From contig OZ316893.1 in the NCBI GenBank assembly GCA_973895155.1, positions 10,607,660-10,671,659 on the forward strand: a stretch of 64,000 nt of DNA. The letters run 5' to 3'. How positions within the stretch are numbered: the stretch's first letter is position 1; the number at the start of each line of letters is the position of its first letter. Positions 46,501 through 61,493 of the stretch are shown in pieces. The notes under the pieces were generated by a model that had not been told where the DNA came from, did not search any database, and saw nothing but the letters and a program-made list of their open reading frames with translations. Source of the stretch: Marsupella aquatica (taxonomy: Eukaryota > Plantae > Marchantiophyta). Position numbers and translations under genes: made by a program.

Positions 46501-49500
46501 TTTAACAGGTAAGACACTATAATCCTTAAGTGAAGTTTTGCGCATCTAATAAGGTTAAAGGACGCGACAACAGAATTTGACGCACAAGCATTTCATAGAA
46601 TTGGAGGAAACCTCAAGGATTGCAAACAATCGTATGAGAGAGAAAGTACCATTCCCGCAAGCTGATCTACATTCAACCCAAAAGCCATCAAAGCAGCTAC
46701 AAAGCCGGTTATCACGGTTCCATTGACAGGCACATGTGTTTTTCTATGAATCCGTGCAAAGAAACGGGGTAGGAGGCCATCCCTCGCCATGGCCATCAAA
46801 ATTCTAGGCTGCAAGAACGAAACCAGATGGTCACATTAAGAATTTTTTAAAAGACCAGATAAAGATGCACGAAAAAGGAAAGGTTACAAAATTTAATTGT
46901 AAAGCACTAATCCACCAGAAGATTTTAAAGGAACATTTATTTGTATTTTTAAGGTAAACTGGCACTTGCTATTCCAACAGCCGATTATTATCGAAGCGTA
47001 CTCCTCAGCCTGATTATTCCCAAAGTAAAATATAATCGCATGACTCCCCAAATCAAGCAACGTTCTACAGGTCTTCATGTGAATTCTGGAGTCGAAGAAC
47101 CAGCGAACTATATGTTTATCGATACTGAATAAAGGGCAGAAATCGTTGATACCCAAACAAATGCTAGAATCCAGGTCAAATATTTGGAAGAAAGAACATA
47201 ACCCTAGATTCTGCAAGAAGCTTAAAATAACACAACGTTTTCAAAAGCGTTAATTAGCTTAGCCGACCTGTGGAAGAAGGGAGCCCATTAATGTTGTAGA
47301 TAATGCAGCAATTGCACCCCCTGTTACTATGTACCTACAACGTAGCCAAAAACGACGGAATCAAATGTTGTTAGCTCGAGTCACGGTGTATACTCAGTGA
47401 GACATCTACTTTAGTAAATGTCACGTGCTTTACTTTCTTAGAAGCTGCACAAAAAGTATCACATTAAGCAGAAGGCTGATAAAGGAAGCAAATTAACTAA
47501 AAAGTACAGCGAGCCTGACATATGGCATCGGAAGGAGCACATATCAGATGCAATACCGGTCAAACCTATGTCATTACATTTCACCCTTCATAGGGATCAA
47601 TCTGCGAGCACCTCTTGCAATCCAGGCATCAGAAAGAATGATAGACAGTCAATACTGCACAACTTTACATACATGGCCCAAGGCATGCCATTGCTGGCAA
47701 ATGCTGATGACATTGGCGTGTCCGGATCCATCTGGCTGTAAGGGACTATACCCACAATAACTGATGACACCAACATGTAAAGGACGCTGCAGATTCCGAG
47801 GGCAAGAGCTATGCCTAAAGGCAGATCTCGCTGTGGGTTCTTCACCTGAATCACATTTGCAGAGAATGGACACGATAAGACATGGTCTTTGTTTTCTTCG
47901 TAGGACCTGAATTTGTAACAAGTACTGCATACTCTATTCCAAGTGCTCTGCCAATTTTCTAATCGTTCCTTTTGAGCATCTGCTAAAAGTTGACTGAGAA
48001 GTCCGAACAGAATCAAATGATTAGACCATACAAAAAGCAAGCCTGGCTTCAACCTAGTGCCCACTCAACCAGAACTTGACCATCCACAAAACGAATTACT
48101 AATATCCAAACGCCATTGTAGACGTCCTTCACGGCATACCATCACACAAAAGAAGGAATTGCGAGAAACTCCGACCTCTTCTGCTGTGCTAGCAACAGTA
48201 TCAAAGCCGATAAATGCAAAGAACAGTGTCGCCGCAGCTCCGAGCACCCCATTTACTCCAAATGGTAAGTACCTGCATGACAGACCAATAGTGGTGTCTT
48301 CATCGTCCACTCAATAGGTAGGTCCACGAATATACAATTTTCCCCTAAACTCTCATATTTGGCAATCTCCATTTTTCTGCAACCTTTCTATCATCTGCTT
48401 GCACGTCCATTCTAGACAGAGGAATAAGTAGTCGCTTAATACAAAATGCTGAATAAAAAATCAACATGACTGCGCAAGGCTCAAGATCCGTTGCAATTTT
48501 GTTGACGAAACTTTAGAAACAAATGTCAACCATTTGCGTGTCATAGGTACAGTCGGAGGCTGATGCATGCCCTCAAGCACATGGAAGCCAGGACCAGTTG
48601 AATGGCCCGAATAGCGGCTGCTTAACTTCAGAGCAACTGTCCACTATTTGCAGATGGTGATTACTTGGTAACGGTACGCAGATAAAAACACGGAACAGCA
48701 GCATGTTCAAACTAACCGTGCTTCAAAAAATTAATGCATGGAGGAAAATGCAATGATTGTCACAAAGAAAAAGCTAGATTACAATGTAGCCTAGTTGCAC
48801 AACGCCTTACCCATCAGCCTGTTTATATCCTTGCCAACCACTTTTGAATCCTGCGTAAGATCCTGCCGCCACTACAAATACTAGTACTATCACATTGGCA
48901 ACTGTCATGAATGCCTGCACTCCTGCACTCTGCAAATACACATAGCAACAAAGATAGGGGGTGAATTTCCCCTTGTCTCCTGAATAACCTGCAAATTTGG
49001 TTTGTCTGCTGCATTCGGATTCAGAAGGAAGGTAGAACAGATACTGCACTGTTCAACGCCCACAAGAATATATTCTAGGCCAAACTCACCCTCATGTGAC
49101 CACCAATCAGAGTTCAACTCATCACATTACAAAAGATATCCCCATGTTTGTCAAAACAAGCCTATAATCGCCGGCAGTTCCTACACATTTGAATTGCAAG
49201 ATTCATTCCAACATCCCGCAAACCACGGTTCCTAACACTGGTGTTCATTGATAGTCTCCTCCAACGATTACACGGCGATGAAGTGCGAATCTGACACTAT
49301 TAAGTTGCAGAAGTGACATTGATAGACTCAAGCCAAGGACACTGCCCACCAATGTTTGAAACACTGCCCAAAGTGTGATTATGCAGCAGAGTACTTTGTC
49401 TCCGCTCATGTGCTATGGACCTCATTCTGTGGGTACCAAGGCCACGAATGCTGAAATCAGACCAACCTTTGCATGGATGTTTTAGAATCGGCGAGTAGAA

Positions 49501-51574
49501 TGTACCTCTTTGATCCCAATGCACAAGAGCATGGTTACAGCTATGACGAGTAGACCAGCACCAGGATCGACAACCACTCCCCCCCAATCTTGTCTTCGCA
49601 AAATAATTGGAAGATTGTCGGCACTTCCAAAGAATATTCCCTGAAAATACATTTGTCTGTTTTATAAGTCTTTGACGACCTTGCCACGGATTTAGCAGCA
49701 AAACCTTCTGCCCAGAGAGAGACAGGGAGGGAATGGAAGGTGTAAGCTCCAATGGTAATAAGAATATCACTTGCTGATCGACAGCATCCTCATACAAGGT
49801 GTGCATGTAGGCACATGAAGCGGACTGCGTTATGAGGTGTAACTTAATGTATAAATTCGCTTCTAGGAGTACAGCTTACTTAATTCTGCGTGGTGGAATA
49901 CACATTCCCAAGTAACCTTTTTGGGCAACCTTCTTTTGCAGATAAGATGGAAATCAGGGCATCAGCAACTAGCAACGGAAGTACGTTGGCGTTCGTGGGG
50001 TAATGAAACCATTGCACGACCACTTACCAGATTTGGAGAAATTCCACGTGCAACTGTGGATCCACCGACAGTATATTCAAGTACAAGTGCCCACCCGATA
50101 ATCCACGCCGCCCTGCTCAACAACCCCAAGGTTCAGCTGCTTACCAAGCTAGAAACCCGTTTATTTACGCATGTCAAGTAAGTCTTTGTATCAAGCGGGA
50201 CGAAGAATTCAAACGAATCCAGCTACGGAGGAGAAAATGGCTTTGATTTACAGGAAAGATAAAGTCCTTGCACGCCCACCTCTCTTACCGAGATGTTCAT
50301 CGTTCAAAAAGCTGTCGCAAACATGCATGCTCAGGAGTAAATCGCTGATTGCATTCTACAGTTGAAAAAATTTTAGGCTAATTCTAAAGACCGATAAGTT
50401 CAAGAGTTTACCCTTCTCCCACGCATGTGTACGCGTAATGGTAAGCGCTTCCAGCGGAAGGGCACCTGCTAGCCAACTCGGCATAGCAAAGAGCAGACAT
50501 CGCAGCAGCGATACCAGCAATGAGAAAAGAGAACGGAAGCGCAGGTCCAACCTTTTCCCGTGCGACAGTTCCCACCAGAACATATACACCTGCGCCAATG
50601 GTGGATCCCACACCTGCGCAAATACAGCAAAAACGTAGTCCTCAACTGGTGGTGACTTCCACACAGCCCGAACCTCATTCTTTCGCTAGAGGTACGGCCT
50701 TGAACCTCTGTAGTCTTGCGCAATGAGATCGGATATTCTACAAACTAGACAAAGTAACCAGCGGCGTCGATGAGGGCGAGAGTTGAAATTAGATGGAGCA
50801 AATCGTTGGTGGTGACGGTATCTATCAACTGTAAAAATGTAAAATTTGAAAGTTCTAGCTGTAGAAAGTAATCAAAGTTGTCCTCGGCTCAATTGGCTGT
50901 TCTCAACCATGGAACGACAAATGCTACGCTGGTAACCTTCCTTGCGCGTAGCCACCTTGAATTGCAGCCGTTATTTGACCAAAGGAAGAAAAATGTTGCA
51001 TCTAGATATGAATCTACTTTGTGCACAAATTGCCGAACGACTCTATCCACCACCCTTCACGACCTACACCGCGCTCAAAGTTGCAACTCATCGAGGAAAA
51101 TCCAATATGCTTCTGTATGTGAAGATCTGGCCATAAGTTTCGACGAATTACCACAGCCTCTACTGGAGCTAATAATGAGGATGGAACATGCCATGCGCAG
51201 AGAGGACGATGTATAGATTGGCGTTAGTCATCCATATTCGTAGAGACTTTCAAGCAAGGGGTTTGGTCGATTGCGGTCCCGAATCTATCTGCAACCGTGC
51301 AAGCATGAATTCCCCGAAACAGTGTATTTTCAAGAAGTTACGTGCCCAATCTCGCACAAAGTTATGGAGAATTCACAACACTTACTCCTTACTTTACGAA
51401 TTTGGGCCAGAATTCAACCTATGCATACTGAGACACATGAGAAGCGAAGAGCGCGCACATACCGATGGGGACAAGCTGGGCCACGCCGAGATGACGAGCT
51501 AGTAATGTTCCTGTGACCTTCTGTCCGACCACTTTGCGCCTCCACAGTCTGGAGATTCCCTCATTGGCCCCCAT
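43523..51574 (-). CDS. CAT2: Cationic amino acid transporter (APC superfamily, plant CAT2/3/4-like), 14 coding exons, about 688 aa
   Basis: Phase-consistent exons: 51574-51463, 50613-50412, 50112-50028, 49640-49506, 48929-48811, 48272-48176, 47845-47673, 47334-47268, 46808-46650, 46263-45825, 45331-45226, 44385-44273, 44049-43974, 43706-43523. Motifs: [96 protein letters not shown]. The paralog number is approximate. Confidence 0.93.
44521..44560. repeat. (TGGCC)n pentanucleotide microsatellite in a CAT intron
   Basis: TTGGCCTGGCCTGGCCTGGCCTGGCCTGGCGTGGCCTGGC. Confidence 0.9.
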
Positions 51575-53521
51575 CTTGTTCTTGTTCCGCCGTTTTCCAG
51601 GTGAATGCTGCTGTCGATGTCGCTGGATCACCCCCGTTCCTCCTCCTTCCTTGACTCAATTGATTCTCCTCCTCTTCTCTCCGGAACGACAATGCCTCAC
51701 TGCTCTGCGAGCATCACCGCAGCCTTTGCCAGAGAACAAGACGAACTATACTCGGTAACAACTCCCATATAAGCTTGCCATCACCTCCGAAAGAACGGCC
51801 CCCATCCAAACCAAACCAGACCAAACCAGCCAAGACAAGACAGGACAGGAGTTGGCTCAAACACTACACCACTCTTCCTAAAGGCCCGGTCGAATCTTGC
51901 AATTCAATCACCCTCGTCCTAATGCAATTTTACTTCTAGTCACCCCAGCGCAGGCAGGAGGCAAGACGAGGAGGAGGCCGGGGGCAGGCAGGCAAGCATG
52001 TCCGCAAGCCAGCATTCGATTGACCTAGCTAGCCACCCACAGGGCCAGCAAGCGAGAGAGGTCAGCCAGCCGGACCGCCGCCCAGCTTTCCCACGAAAAT
52101 CACATCCCAATTGCACTCCTGCAAGCAATTGTTGTGTAATAAGCAATCCACGAGCCGACATCACTCGCACCGGAATAAGAGATGAAGTCACTAGACACCG
52201 CAAACACGCTACTACTGTAGCGTAAGTAAACTCTGCTCACTAATTCGTAGTAAAATAATAAACTCCGCGGCAAAGCAGACCTGCACAGACATCCACAAGT
52301 CCACAACACAGCACGCTGCTGAGAGTGAGCGCCATGTAGCTAGTAGACACTGCACACAGCTAAGAAAGATGCAGCTAGCAAGACTAGCAAGCTAAGGCAC
52401 TCATTACAGTACCGGTATCGGAACGAACGCATTCCGCGGACTGATTGCGACCTCGCTGGCCGGGAGGCTGGCAGGCTGCCTCCTCCTCGGCTTTGCCTAG
52501 GTCCAGTAGATTGGGGACAGCAGAACCGGCCAGCTCGCTTGCTCTGTTCGTCGTGCATCAAGGATCACAGCATCCACTTACTGTGCTTGACCCGTGACGC
52601 ACTTTGTCCATTATTGTAATCACCTCGTTTTACTCCTCTTTCAATGGACAAGCAAGCAAGCACGCGTGGCGAGTCCTGTCAACGAGTCCAATTCTTCGTT
52701 CTGTTCCTGAGGCATAATTGTAAGCTCGATTTTGACGAGAAAGCTCACAGCGGAATGAAACAAACTCCTTCCAAACGGGGCAGGCAGGCAGGTGAGCAAG
52801 GCACGAAGGAATCAAGGGAATCAAGGGAAACAAGGGAATTTCAGGAATCGTGATGGCGAGAAAAGGGCGAGACGGACACGATTAATTAATTGACAAAAAA
52901 GCGCATCATCACGAGATTCAATGGCGCCGCGGGTTACGTCAAAAAGGGCAATCCCCGCCTTCCGATCTGCTGCTCCTTCGTTGCCCTTGCGTTGCGGTGC
53001 GTAGCACGAGGAGTCGAGGACCCGTGCTGACCAGTCCTGCGTCCTTGGAGAATGGAGAGAGCCAGAGAGGGGCTGGACGGTACGGTACCGCGAAGATTCA
53101 CTTCCATCCAACAGCCAGAGATGCGATTCCTGATCACTCTACCCATAATTTTATTCCTGTACGGAAAGAAGGTTATGGGTTATTTCATTTCTGTACGGAA
53201 TATAGATTCTTTGTGAGTACCGTAACCACTTTGGAAACCTGTTGTTTCAGTAATCTGTTCCTAGGAAGTGACTCCTTTTTCTTGACCCTACATTACGTGC
53301 TATAATGGAGGTGTGGGCAAGCTTTTTAACCTGAACCTTTCTTGCTCCAAGAAAGCTCACAAAAACTTCGTTGTCTAGTGTGTTTTCAGGTTTTCTTTTC
53401 GCTTTCTGATCATATAAGGTTATTAGCCCCAAACCAGACCAGACCATCATCATCCTATACCAGGATGCGATGTGAGGTGACGATAGTGACTAAAGTGATT
53501 AGGGTCCCAGTAATTGTGTAC

Positions 53522-53662
53522 CAAAATGTGACACTAAGTGAATACTATAACATTCCATCACATAAGGAACCCAATTATTTTGTTTAAATTATCAAAATGT
53601 GACCCTAAGGGAATACTATAACATTCCATAATATAAGGAACCCAATTATTTTGTTTAAATTA
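53522..53662. repeat. 71-bp tandem duplication
   Basis: CAAAATGTGAC.CTAAG.GAATACTATAACATTCCAT...ATAAGGAACCCAATTATTTTGTTTAAATTA twice. Confidence 0.9.
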
Positions 53663-55559
53663 CATGTATTATTTATTGTATATTATCACATTTTGATGTG
53701 TCAATACTTATATATGCATGATTACCTGTTTCTTGAATCTAAATTTTGTACAGAATAAAGCTTATTGGTGGGTGACTATTTTTAGTGAGTATTCCAATTC
53801 TCATAATCTGGTGCATTACCATTTTTTGTGCATGTTCTTATTCTCATAATCTGGTGCCTGAAAATATACAGTTGAGTAATCTTTTTCCAAACAATACTTA
53901 TTTAATACAACAACCAAGGTCAGGGCAGGAACCCTAATATGGCTCGCCAGGAACGAGCACTTCTTCAATTCAGGCAGACATAGACTCTTTGACATCAATA
54001 CGCTCCTGGCTTTGATGCTTAACAATCTTCTTGGTGCTTGTGAGAACTCTGGCCCTAGTAGGAAACATACTCGTCTCTTAAGGGCTAAGGAGGTAAAGAT
54101 GACAGAATGATCTAAATGGCTTCCAAAGCTCGAAAGCCGCTTATATGCCTAGAATGGTGACACTTGTCTTGATGAACAACTGTGTTCACAGGAATCGCCC
54201 TTTGTCTCTGATCGGGACCACATCCCCTGGTGTTCCCTGTTTTAGAATTTAGAATTAGATTGGCACTCACATTGCCTTTGGTTGACGCGGACACTCCTCT
54301 CTTACTGGTGTCCTTTTCTGTTTTGATTGCATTTCATGCTCTTCTGTGGTCTGCCCTCGTGGCTTTGTTACCTTTTTGGCCCCCTTTCCCGTGGGGTTAG
54401 CGAGTTTTATTGGAAAAAACAAAGGGGAAAAGGGGGGGGGAAGGGTCAGGGCAGGGTTCTAGACTATAAACTACAACCTGAATGTGTGAAAAAGCTTCCC
54501 GCCTGTTGTCTGTTGGCTTATTCTCACATTCCACAGGTAAGGTTCAAGCCTAGTAATGCTAGCCCCGACATTGGTTAATATGGTATGGGCAAATAAAGAT
54601 GAGAAGGGACAAAATCCATGCAAAGAAAAAAAATTCATGCTATTTCTTGTGCATCTTTGCCCTGCCCCTATATTTTGTTCTGCACCTTCACTTTCAGTTA
54701 TGCCATGAGTTAGAGGCATAGAGACTTCACTCTAGCCAGTAGGCCTAGGGAGTAGATTTTGATTGCACTTGATTAGTTAGATTGGATTGTGCAATGACTG
54801 GTAACTCTATTGATTTGCCATTGTAAGGGGGCCCCTAGGGGCACTCAGATTGTCTGCAATGGGGGTGGGCTGGAAGATAGTGTGGTGGGACCAGTCAATG
54901 GACCCAGTTTCTAAACCCCCACCATATATAGCCCCAGTCCATACACCTCAACATTGCAGGATGGTGTCGCCCCCCCCCCCAGCTGAGCAGTCCTGCATTC
55001 TTCCAAGCCCAATTGACAATTGCAACCAACCCTCTTGCATTTGATCAATCAAACTTCTCTCTAGCTGGCAAGTGCACTCACTACTTCATTGTGTTAGTGT
55101 GAAAGGTGGGACAGGTGAAGCTTGTTTGACCCTTCACAAACCTGGATGCACGGGTGCCTCAATGGCAAGGAAAACTCTCTGATTGGTGGGGCTTTTTAGT
55201 GTGCAGCAGCGGTGGAAGTGCTCTAATTGGCCACCGTCCATTTGCATAGATGCATAGGTGAACAGAAGGCACTCTTGCTCAATTCCCATCATAGGACCCT
55301 ATATATATACCCTAAATTTTGTTTTATCAATTTTTTGAAAATCATCAACTCTCTTAAAATGCGGTTGTTAGGGGAACAGAGATCTCTTGTTTGAGCCACA
55401 TATAATCCTCTCTCGTGAACTAATGAGATGAGACAAAAAATTGAAAATCCCCAGATATATGATATGCTCTTTCATATATGTGATTGTTGTGTGTGCAAAA
55501 TGAGTACTTTGGTTTATCCACAATACTATGTACAAGAAAGTTTGACAATTTTGACATGC

Positions 55560-56260
55560 TTGGGTCATCCCATTGTTCACCTGATTCAATATAAACAGCA
55601 TTTGTCCCCCTTGTCCTTGCCACATGTTTACAATATGTTTATGCCACAATGCTAGACATCACAACAATCTTGTCTCCCATTTTGGCACCTTTGTTCTTGG
55701 CAGAGTGGTATATCTCATCAAATGACTGCACAACAAACTGCTCAAAATCACATACATAGCACCAGGCGATCGGGGTGAGAGAGTTTAGCAAGTTTTTCCA
55801 AGAACTCAATAGGAATGAACCACCTACTAAAATGACGCTGCACCAGTGATCTGGATTGAAATGGGACTGGCCGGCACGAAATAGGGGATCATGGTCCTTC
55901 CCCAACAGAGTGTGGTCCATGCCAAACCACGACTTGGAATCTGGCGTGTCTAAGATCAGTCGTAGATGGGGGCAACAAGGATCTTTGCACGACTGGAAGA
56001 GAGAACTGAGGAAAATATGGGGTGGATGGGTTTCCCCAAAGGTCCGACTATTTATCTAGATGTTTCTTTACTAATGGGAAGACGAGCCAACGGGGAGTTC
56101 ACTCCAGACTTTGCGAACACTGCAACCTTGAAATTGACACTTGATCATCTTTTCTACACCTGATGTAAAGTTCCCTTCCAAAGGCAGGAGCTTAAGGCAC
56201 TGCGGAACACAATGACTCTTAAGTATGTTACCAGAACTCTTTACAATTCCATTGATTTGG
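55560..56260 (+). mobile_element. L1-type LINE 3' remnant (zf-RVT region)
   Basis: WKRELRKIWGGWVSPKVRLFI* followed, after frameshifts, by CEHC..TLDHLFYT, matching the C-terminal zinc-binding region of plant L1 ORF2. Confidence 0.7.
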
Positions 56261-57059
56261 CCATCAACATTCAAAAGCGCAACCCTAACCTACTTGTCCT
56301 TCATCATGAACTTGGTACCCATACTATTCACCAAGGTTTCATGATGTTTTTATCACAATGTATAAGTAATATTGATTTATACACAAAGTACTTTGATGAT
56401 GATTCATTGTTTAAATTTTTAGCGTTGAATGAGGTATTTTCACCACAGATTTTTTCTATATTTAATCATTGTAGTGTCATCATGGATGGATTCATCACAT
56501 TTTCATTTCTAATGGGCATCACTTTTCATACACGAAAAAGTGTGACAATGTTTAAGCAAGGACTCATTGTAAAATAAACAATAAATTTCATTACATTTTC
56601 ATTGTATTATCAGTATCTCTTCAACTTGACAATAATATCTAGTGTCACTTGTATATTGAATCATCAGCTATTGATCATCGTTGCACTATTATAGTTTTGG
56701 AGTTGACATCAATGTGACGTCATCGTTGAATCAACATGTTTCAATTGTTGAATAACTTTCATTTCAGTGATATTTAATTGTGATTGCCTTCAATATTCCA
56801 TATTGTGTCATTCATTATGCAATGAATTGTCAATGTTGTTTCCACACTGAAAAACATATCATGAATAGATAGTGACTCAACATTGTAAAATCATTGTGAT
56901 TTCATTGTTGAATTATTGTGACATCACTATTGGTTTAGCATGGACTCTTAAACAGTTTTGTGTTGTTTCATTGCCATTTCAATACCATTTCAACAACTAA
57001 TCATTTTCATTTCAAGCAACATACATATTTCCCCGGTTTGGACTTGTCCGACAAATGAG

Positions 57060-60000
57060 GGGTCTGGACCCCGACATCTAACATGTGTCACATCTGGCCC
57101 CACCCCTGTCCCGGCCGGCCACACCCAGCCCAACCAAGCCCCAACCTGGCCCCAGCCTGTCCTGGGCCAACCCTGACCGAGAGAAATAGGCAAATATGTG
57201 ACATTTGACCCCTTTTAAAGCCAACAAATGACATCACAACAATGTGTTTGTCAATTCAAAGCGGGCATATTTCCATTGATATTTGTTCATTATGTTTTTT
57301 AGTGACAATACTAACTTACAAAGGTGTTTCCCCTCATCTCTTCTTGTCCCCTCACCCTCTAGCTTCCCACTCACTCACTCCCTCCAAATATCCCTCCATG
57401 ATTGTTTCCTTTGCCTGACTTTATGCCTCTCCCTTGCGCAAAGTGCCCTGCCCACCCTAACACAAGCCACCTGGGATAGACTATGTGTGAAATGGTGATT
57501 ATTTCTAAAAACAAGGTAAAGTATCGGAAATCATAGAAATTTTTAAATTTTTAGAATCTATAAGGCCTCTTAAGCTAGTTATTCCAAGTTCAAACGGATT
57601 AAGGACAACTTAGAAGATGGGACGGCTTGGATGCCCATTGACAGGATATCAAGACGGCAGCCAGATAAGCCATTTTCAGGAAATTGAGGACGGCTTGGAC
57701 TTCCCCAAGTAAAAGATGGTCAGGATGGCAACAAAGTGCCGGCTTGGATGGCCCTATGTAAAGGACGTCCAGCTTTTCTTCATGATGCCGGCCCAATGCC
57801 TCCTACAACGGCTGGAGCAGAATATTGAAGACGTCTTGGACGGCCTCTGTGTAGGGACATTCGGGACGTCCACCCGACCACGATCTAATAAGACGTCTGC
57901 GATGGCCCCGACCATTATTTTACAATTTCTTGGCAAGACGTCCATGGCGGCCAGTAGAAATGTGCGCGCCTCGAGCATCAGTGCTCACTCGTTAGGCCAC
58001 CATTTCCTGCCTTTTCACTTACAAAAGAAGCACAATTGCTTAGGGATAGTGTAGCCCAAATATGAACCGGAATAGTTGAGGCATCAAGGTGTATTGAATC
58101 AGAAAATTCTCTGATTTCTGGAAATTGAAGAAATTACAGATTTGAGAGCTTCACCTGATCAAAACTCCTTCACTTCTACTTTTTTCAGTTCTTTTCTTCT
58201 CCAGCAACAGCGTAGCTACCTTAGGCTCTTGTGACTCCATTCTTAAACCTCAATGCTTAACCATTTTAGAGAGTAGGGCGCTTCAATTTTCTCTGATTTC
58301 TAGAAGCTATGGCTACCAGAAGCTTACAAGTTAGTAAGACCATTAGGATGACCTTACCTTCAGATCCTAAGGCTTACTTTTGACCACTTAGTAACCTAAT
58401 GGAGATGGGATTGAGTTCTTTGCTTTTTATTCCATGGGATATGGTGCATGGATCCATCATTGCCAATTTTCTTTGTCCACCCTGAGCTGACACTTTTTGG
58501 AGCTCTACTAGAGAGAGATTGATTCTTGTTGGAGAGGACTTCATTGTCCCCTACTTTAGAGGTACTAGGAACTGGAGGTCTGATTGGAGGATTGATCAAT
58601 GCAAGAACCGGGATTTAGCTCATTTACTCCAACTCCTTGTACATATCTTTCATCCGACCAAGCCTACCAGGGCTATGGTTTACTTGGCCAATTTCATCAT
58701 TGTTTCATGGACCGGCAAGAGGAGGCTAGGATCAACTAGGCCCTAGCACTTTTGGAGGTGATTGCCAAGTAGGTGGCTATCGTGACCCCGATCGTGACTA
58801 CTACCAGTGATACCTATTTGACACCCTACTTGGCACACATTTACTTTTTGAGAGGCTGCTTGTTACCAGTGGAGCTGAGCGAGTGGAGGAGAGTGAGACA
58901 CTTTGAGCTCCCTTAGCCAGAGTTAGCAAGAGAGTTGACTCCACCACCCACGATATCACTGAGACCCCCTCCAATGGAGTAGACAACAGCACCAGATCTA
59001 CCAGGGATGACTTCTCCCTCTTTTGTTGCTTCCACCTCTTATACGTTATGGACTGATTTTGTTGGTGAAGCTGAGCAACTAGCTAGTGTGATTAGTTTCA
59101 ACTAGTATTTGGTAGATGAGGCCACTAGACTCTTGAGTTGTACTCCCCTACAGTTACTTGATTATATTCATGTTTTGATTTCCGAGCCTCGTTCCACCCC
59201 ACTTCCTCATGTTTCACCCCCTGCGTCTTCACCACAACCTAATCACCCTATGTGGATGAGCTGAAGATACCTATTGTTGATCCTTCACTCCCTTCCGCAC
59301 TCCCTCTTCCTGATCCCATTCCTTCTCCCATTGTTGATTCACCTATCCCTCCTGCATCTACACCCGAGCACCCTCCATCTCCTACCTGTGAGCCTTTACC
59401 CCCTTCACCAGTAACCACTCCAGTTCCATCATCTTCCATTGAGGATACCCCTCTACCACCTCCTGGTGTTTCATTTCTCTCCCCTACCAGGGAAGGAAAT
59501 GAACCTATTCCCGAGCCTATTCTTGAGACTGAGCTTGAGATTGTAGAGCCTCCTAATGTACCATTTATAGCTCCTACACCCTTGATGTCTCAGCCTCCTA
59601 TTGTCTCTTTTGTTGGTTATATTGAGCCCCTCATTGTTTTTCCCTCCAAGTTTCTAGGATGATCACGTCACTCATTGATGCACGCATTCCTTGTTGCACC
59701 TCCCTTACTTTCACTTATGTTTGGTCGTGAGTCTTTTCCTTTTGTAAACACCTACAACATGGTTACAATTTCTTGTGGTATTCTATGGCTTCCTATTGAC
59801 AAGTTGCAATTGCCAAAGATTGAGAATCCTGACTTGTGGAGTTAGGTTTATCATTGTAGAAAGGTCATTGCACCTTTTCCTCTTCCAACCCCAAATATTT
59901 CATGGCCTTCAGATTACTTTGTTTGGATCAAAATAGATGGACATCCCATCCGGACGACCAATGAGCCACGTCTGATTTGTTATTGTGAGGACCTTTTCCT

Positions 60001-60130
60001 TCAACAGTATTTGAAGGGACAGAAGGCCAAAGAAAATATAGACCTTGGGTTTGTAGCTCGCCTTCCTTTACTTGTGGTTGACCCCCCTCCTATTACACTA
60101 TGAGATTAGTACCTTATTTTGTAGATTTAT
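57060..60130 (+). mobile_element. Decayed TE segment with an accessory ORF remnant followed by a Pro-rich low-complexity tract
   Basis: 58519-58746 encodes YFRGTRNWRSDWRIDQCKNRDLAHLLQLLVHIFHPTKPTRAMVYLANFIIVSWTGK, which resembles from memory the extra ORFs of bryophyte LTR retrotransposons. A Pro/Ser-rich stretch follows at 59252-59662. Frames are broken and boundaries approximate. Confidence 0.4.
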
Positions 60131-61212
60131 TACTTAGTATATTCTAGTTTTGACTACTTGACTAACCCTTATTCAAAGTTGACTTTTATTTTACTTAGTT
60201 TTACATGTCTCTTCATTCTCCTTAGCCAATGGACAATTGTATGTACTTACTATGGTACCAATCTCATTTTGAGATAGAGTGGATAGTTATTTGCATCTAC
60301 TCATCTTGGAGTTTGTCCCTTGTACTTGTAATGCATTTTTGCAAGGAAGATTTGTATGCCTTGAAATTTGATTACTGTCTTGTGCTAGGAGTCTATCCCT
60401 CCTTCATGTGACAATGCATGTTGCAATTGTCATAAGAAATAAAACTCATAAAAAACACAGTTTGTAGATTGTATTGGAAGATCCGTTGGTCGGTGCCTAT
60501 ACAAAAACTATAATATTTGTTATCAATTTTTGTATTTTACATGAAGGACTTATCTTTGGAAGATAAATATTGCATGTAATTAAGAAAGAGAAATCCATAT
60601 ATTAAGAAGTAGTGACATTCTTAATTCACGGATTTGAAGTACCATTGTGGTATACTGAATGTGCATTAGTTTCTTTTTGGAATTGCACATTGCTGAAGAA
60701 GGAAACATGTAGTTGGCATTTTAATAACACACTACTATACACACAATCCAAAACTAATCTTGGGTTTTGTGAACATAGACATTTCTTAAACTTAGATTTA
60801 TGATAGAAATCTAGAGAGTAATTATAGCAAGGTTATGTTTGACTTATCAATGTCCTAAACAATATCATCGTTCTTTCTTAAGACATGCTGATGGAGTTAA
60901 AGATTGCTAAACTATACCTCTAAAAGCTCTAAGATTCTATTATTCAACAAACTTCACTTTTATTCTTATTTTATTAATTTCTTGTATTTTGTTTAAGATT
61001 CTATATTTTTTCAAGATGTTGAGTACCATCTCTAAACCACTCAACACACTTTAAAACATCGTATCATCTCATTCTTGTTCTTCAAAGTGAATGAACATTG
61101 AGTTTTTAACATATATTTCTTGACATTTGCTTTTGTTAGCATATGACACTATGTTAAACATCCTTGCCGTACTTTGTCATTTGTGGCCACCCTAAGTTTG
61201 CCTATGTGTAAA

Positions 61213-61493
61213 CCAAGTTGATATTCATCCTTATCGTCTAAGGATTTAGTTGGCACCTTATGCAATGTTCTAAACTTGGTTCTTAAGAATAAAATTAAAT
61301 ATTATAGGCCAAGTTGATATTAGTTCTTGTAGCTAGTCTAAACCTTGGCACTCTCTGCAATGTTCTAAAGTTTGGTTCTTAAGAATAAAATTAAATATTG
61401 TAGGCCAAGTTGATATTAGTCCTTGTAGTCTAAGTCTTGGCACTTTCAACAATGCTCTAAATTTTGTTCTTAAGAATTGAATTAAATAATGTA
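61213..61493. repeat. About 97-bp tandem repeat, 3 copies
   Basis: CCAAGTTGATATT...TTGGCAC...CAATG.TCTAAA...GTTCTTAAGAAT.AATTAAAT repeated. Confidence 0.9.

Noticed and set aside
59252-59662. Extensin or proline-rich cell-wall protein gene
   Set aside because: No signal peptide and no ATG start; embedded in broken TE-like frames.
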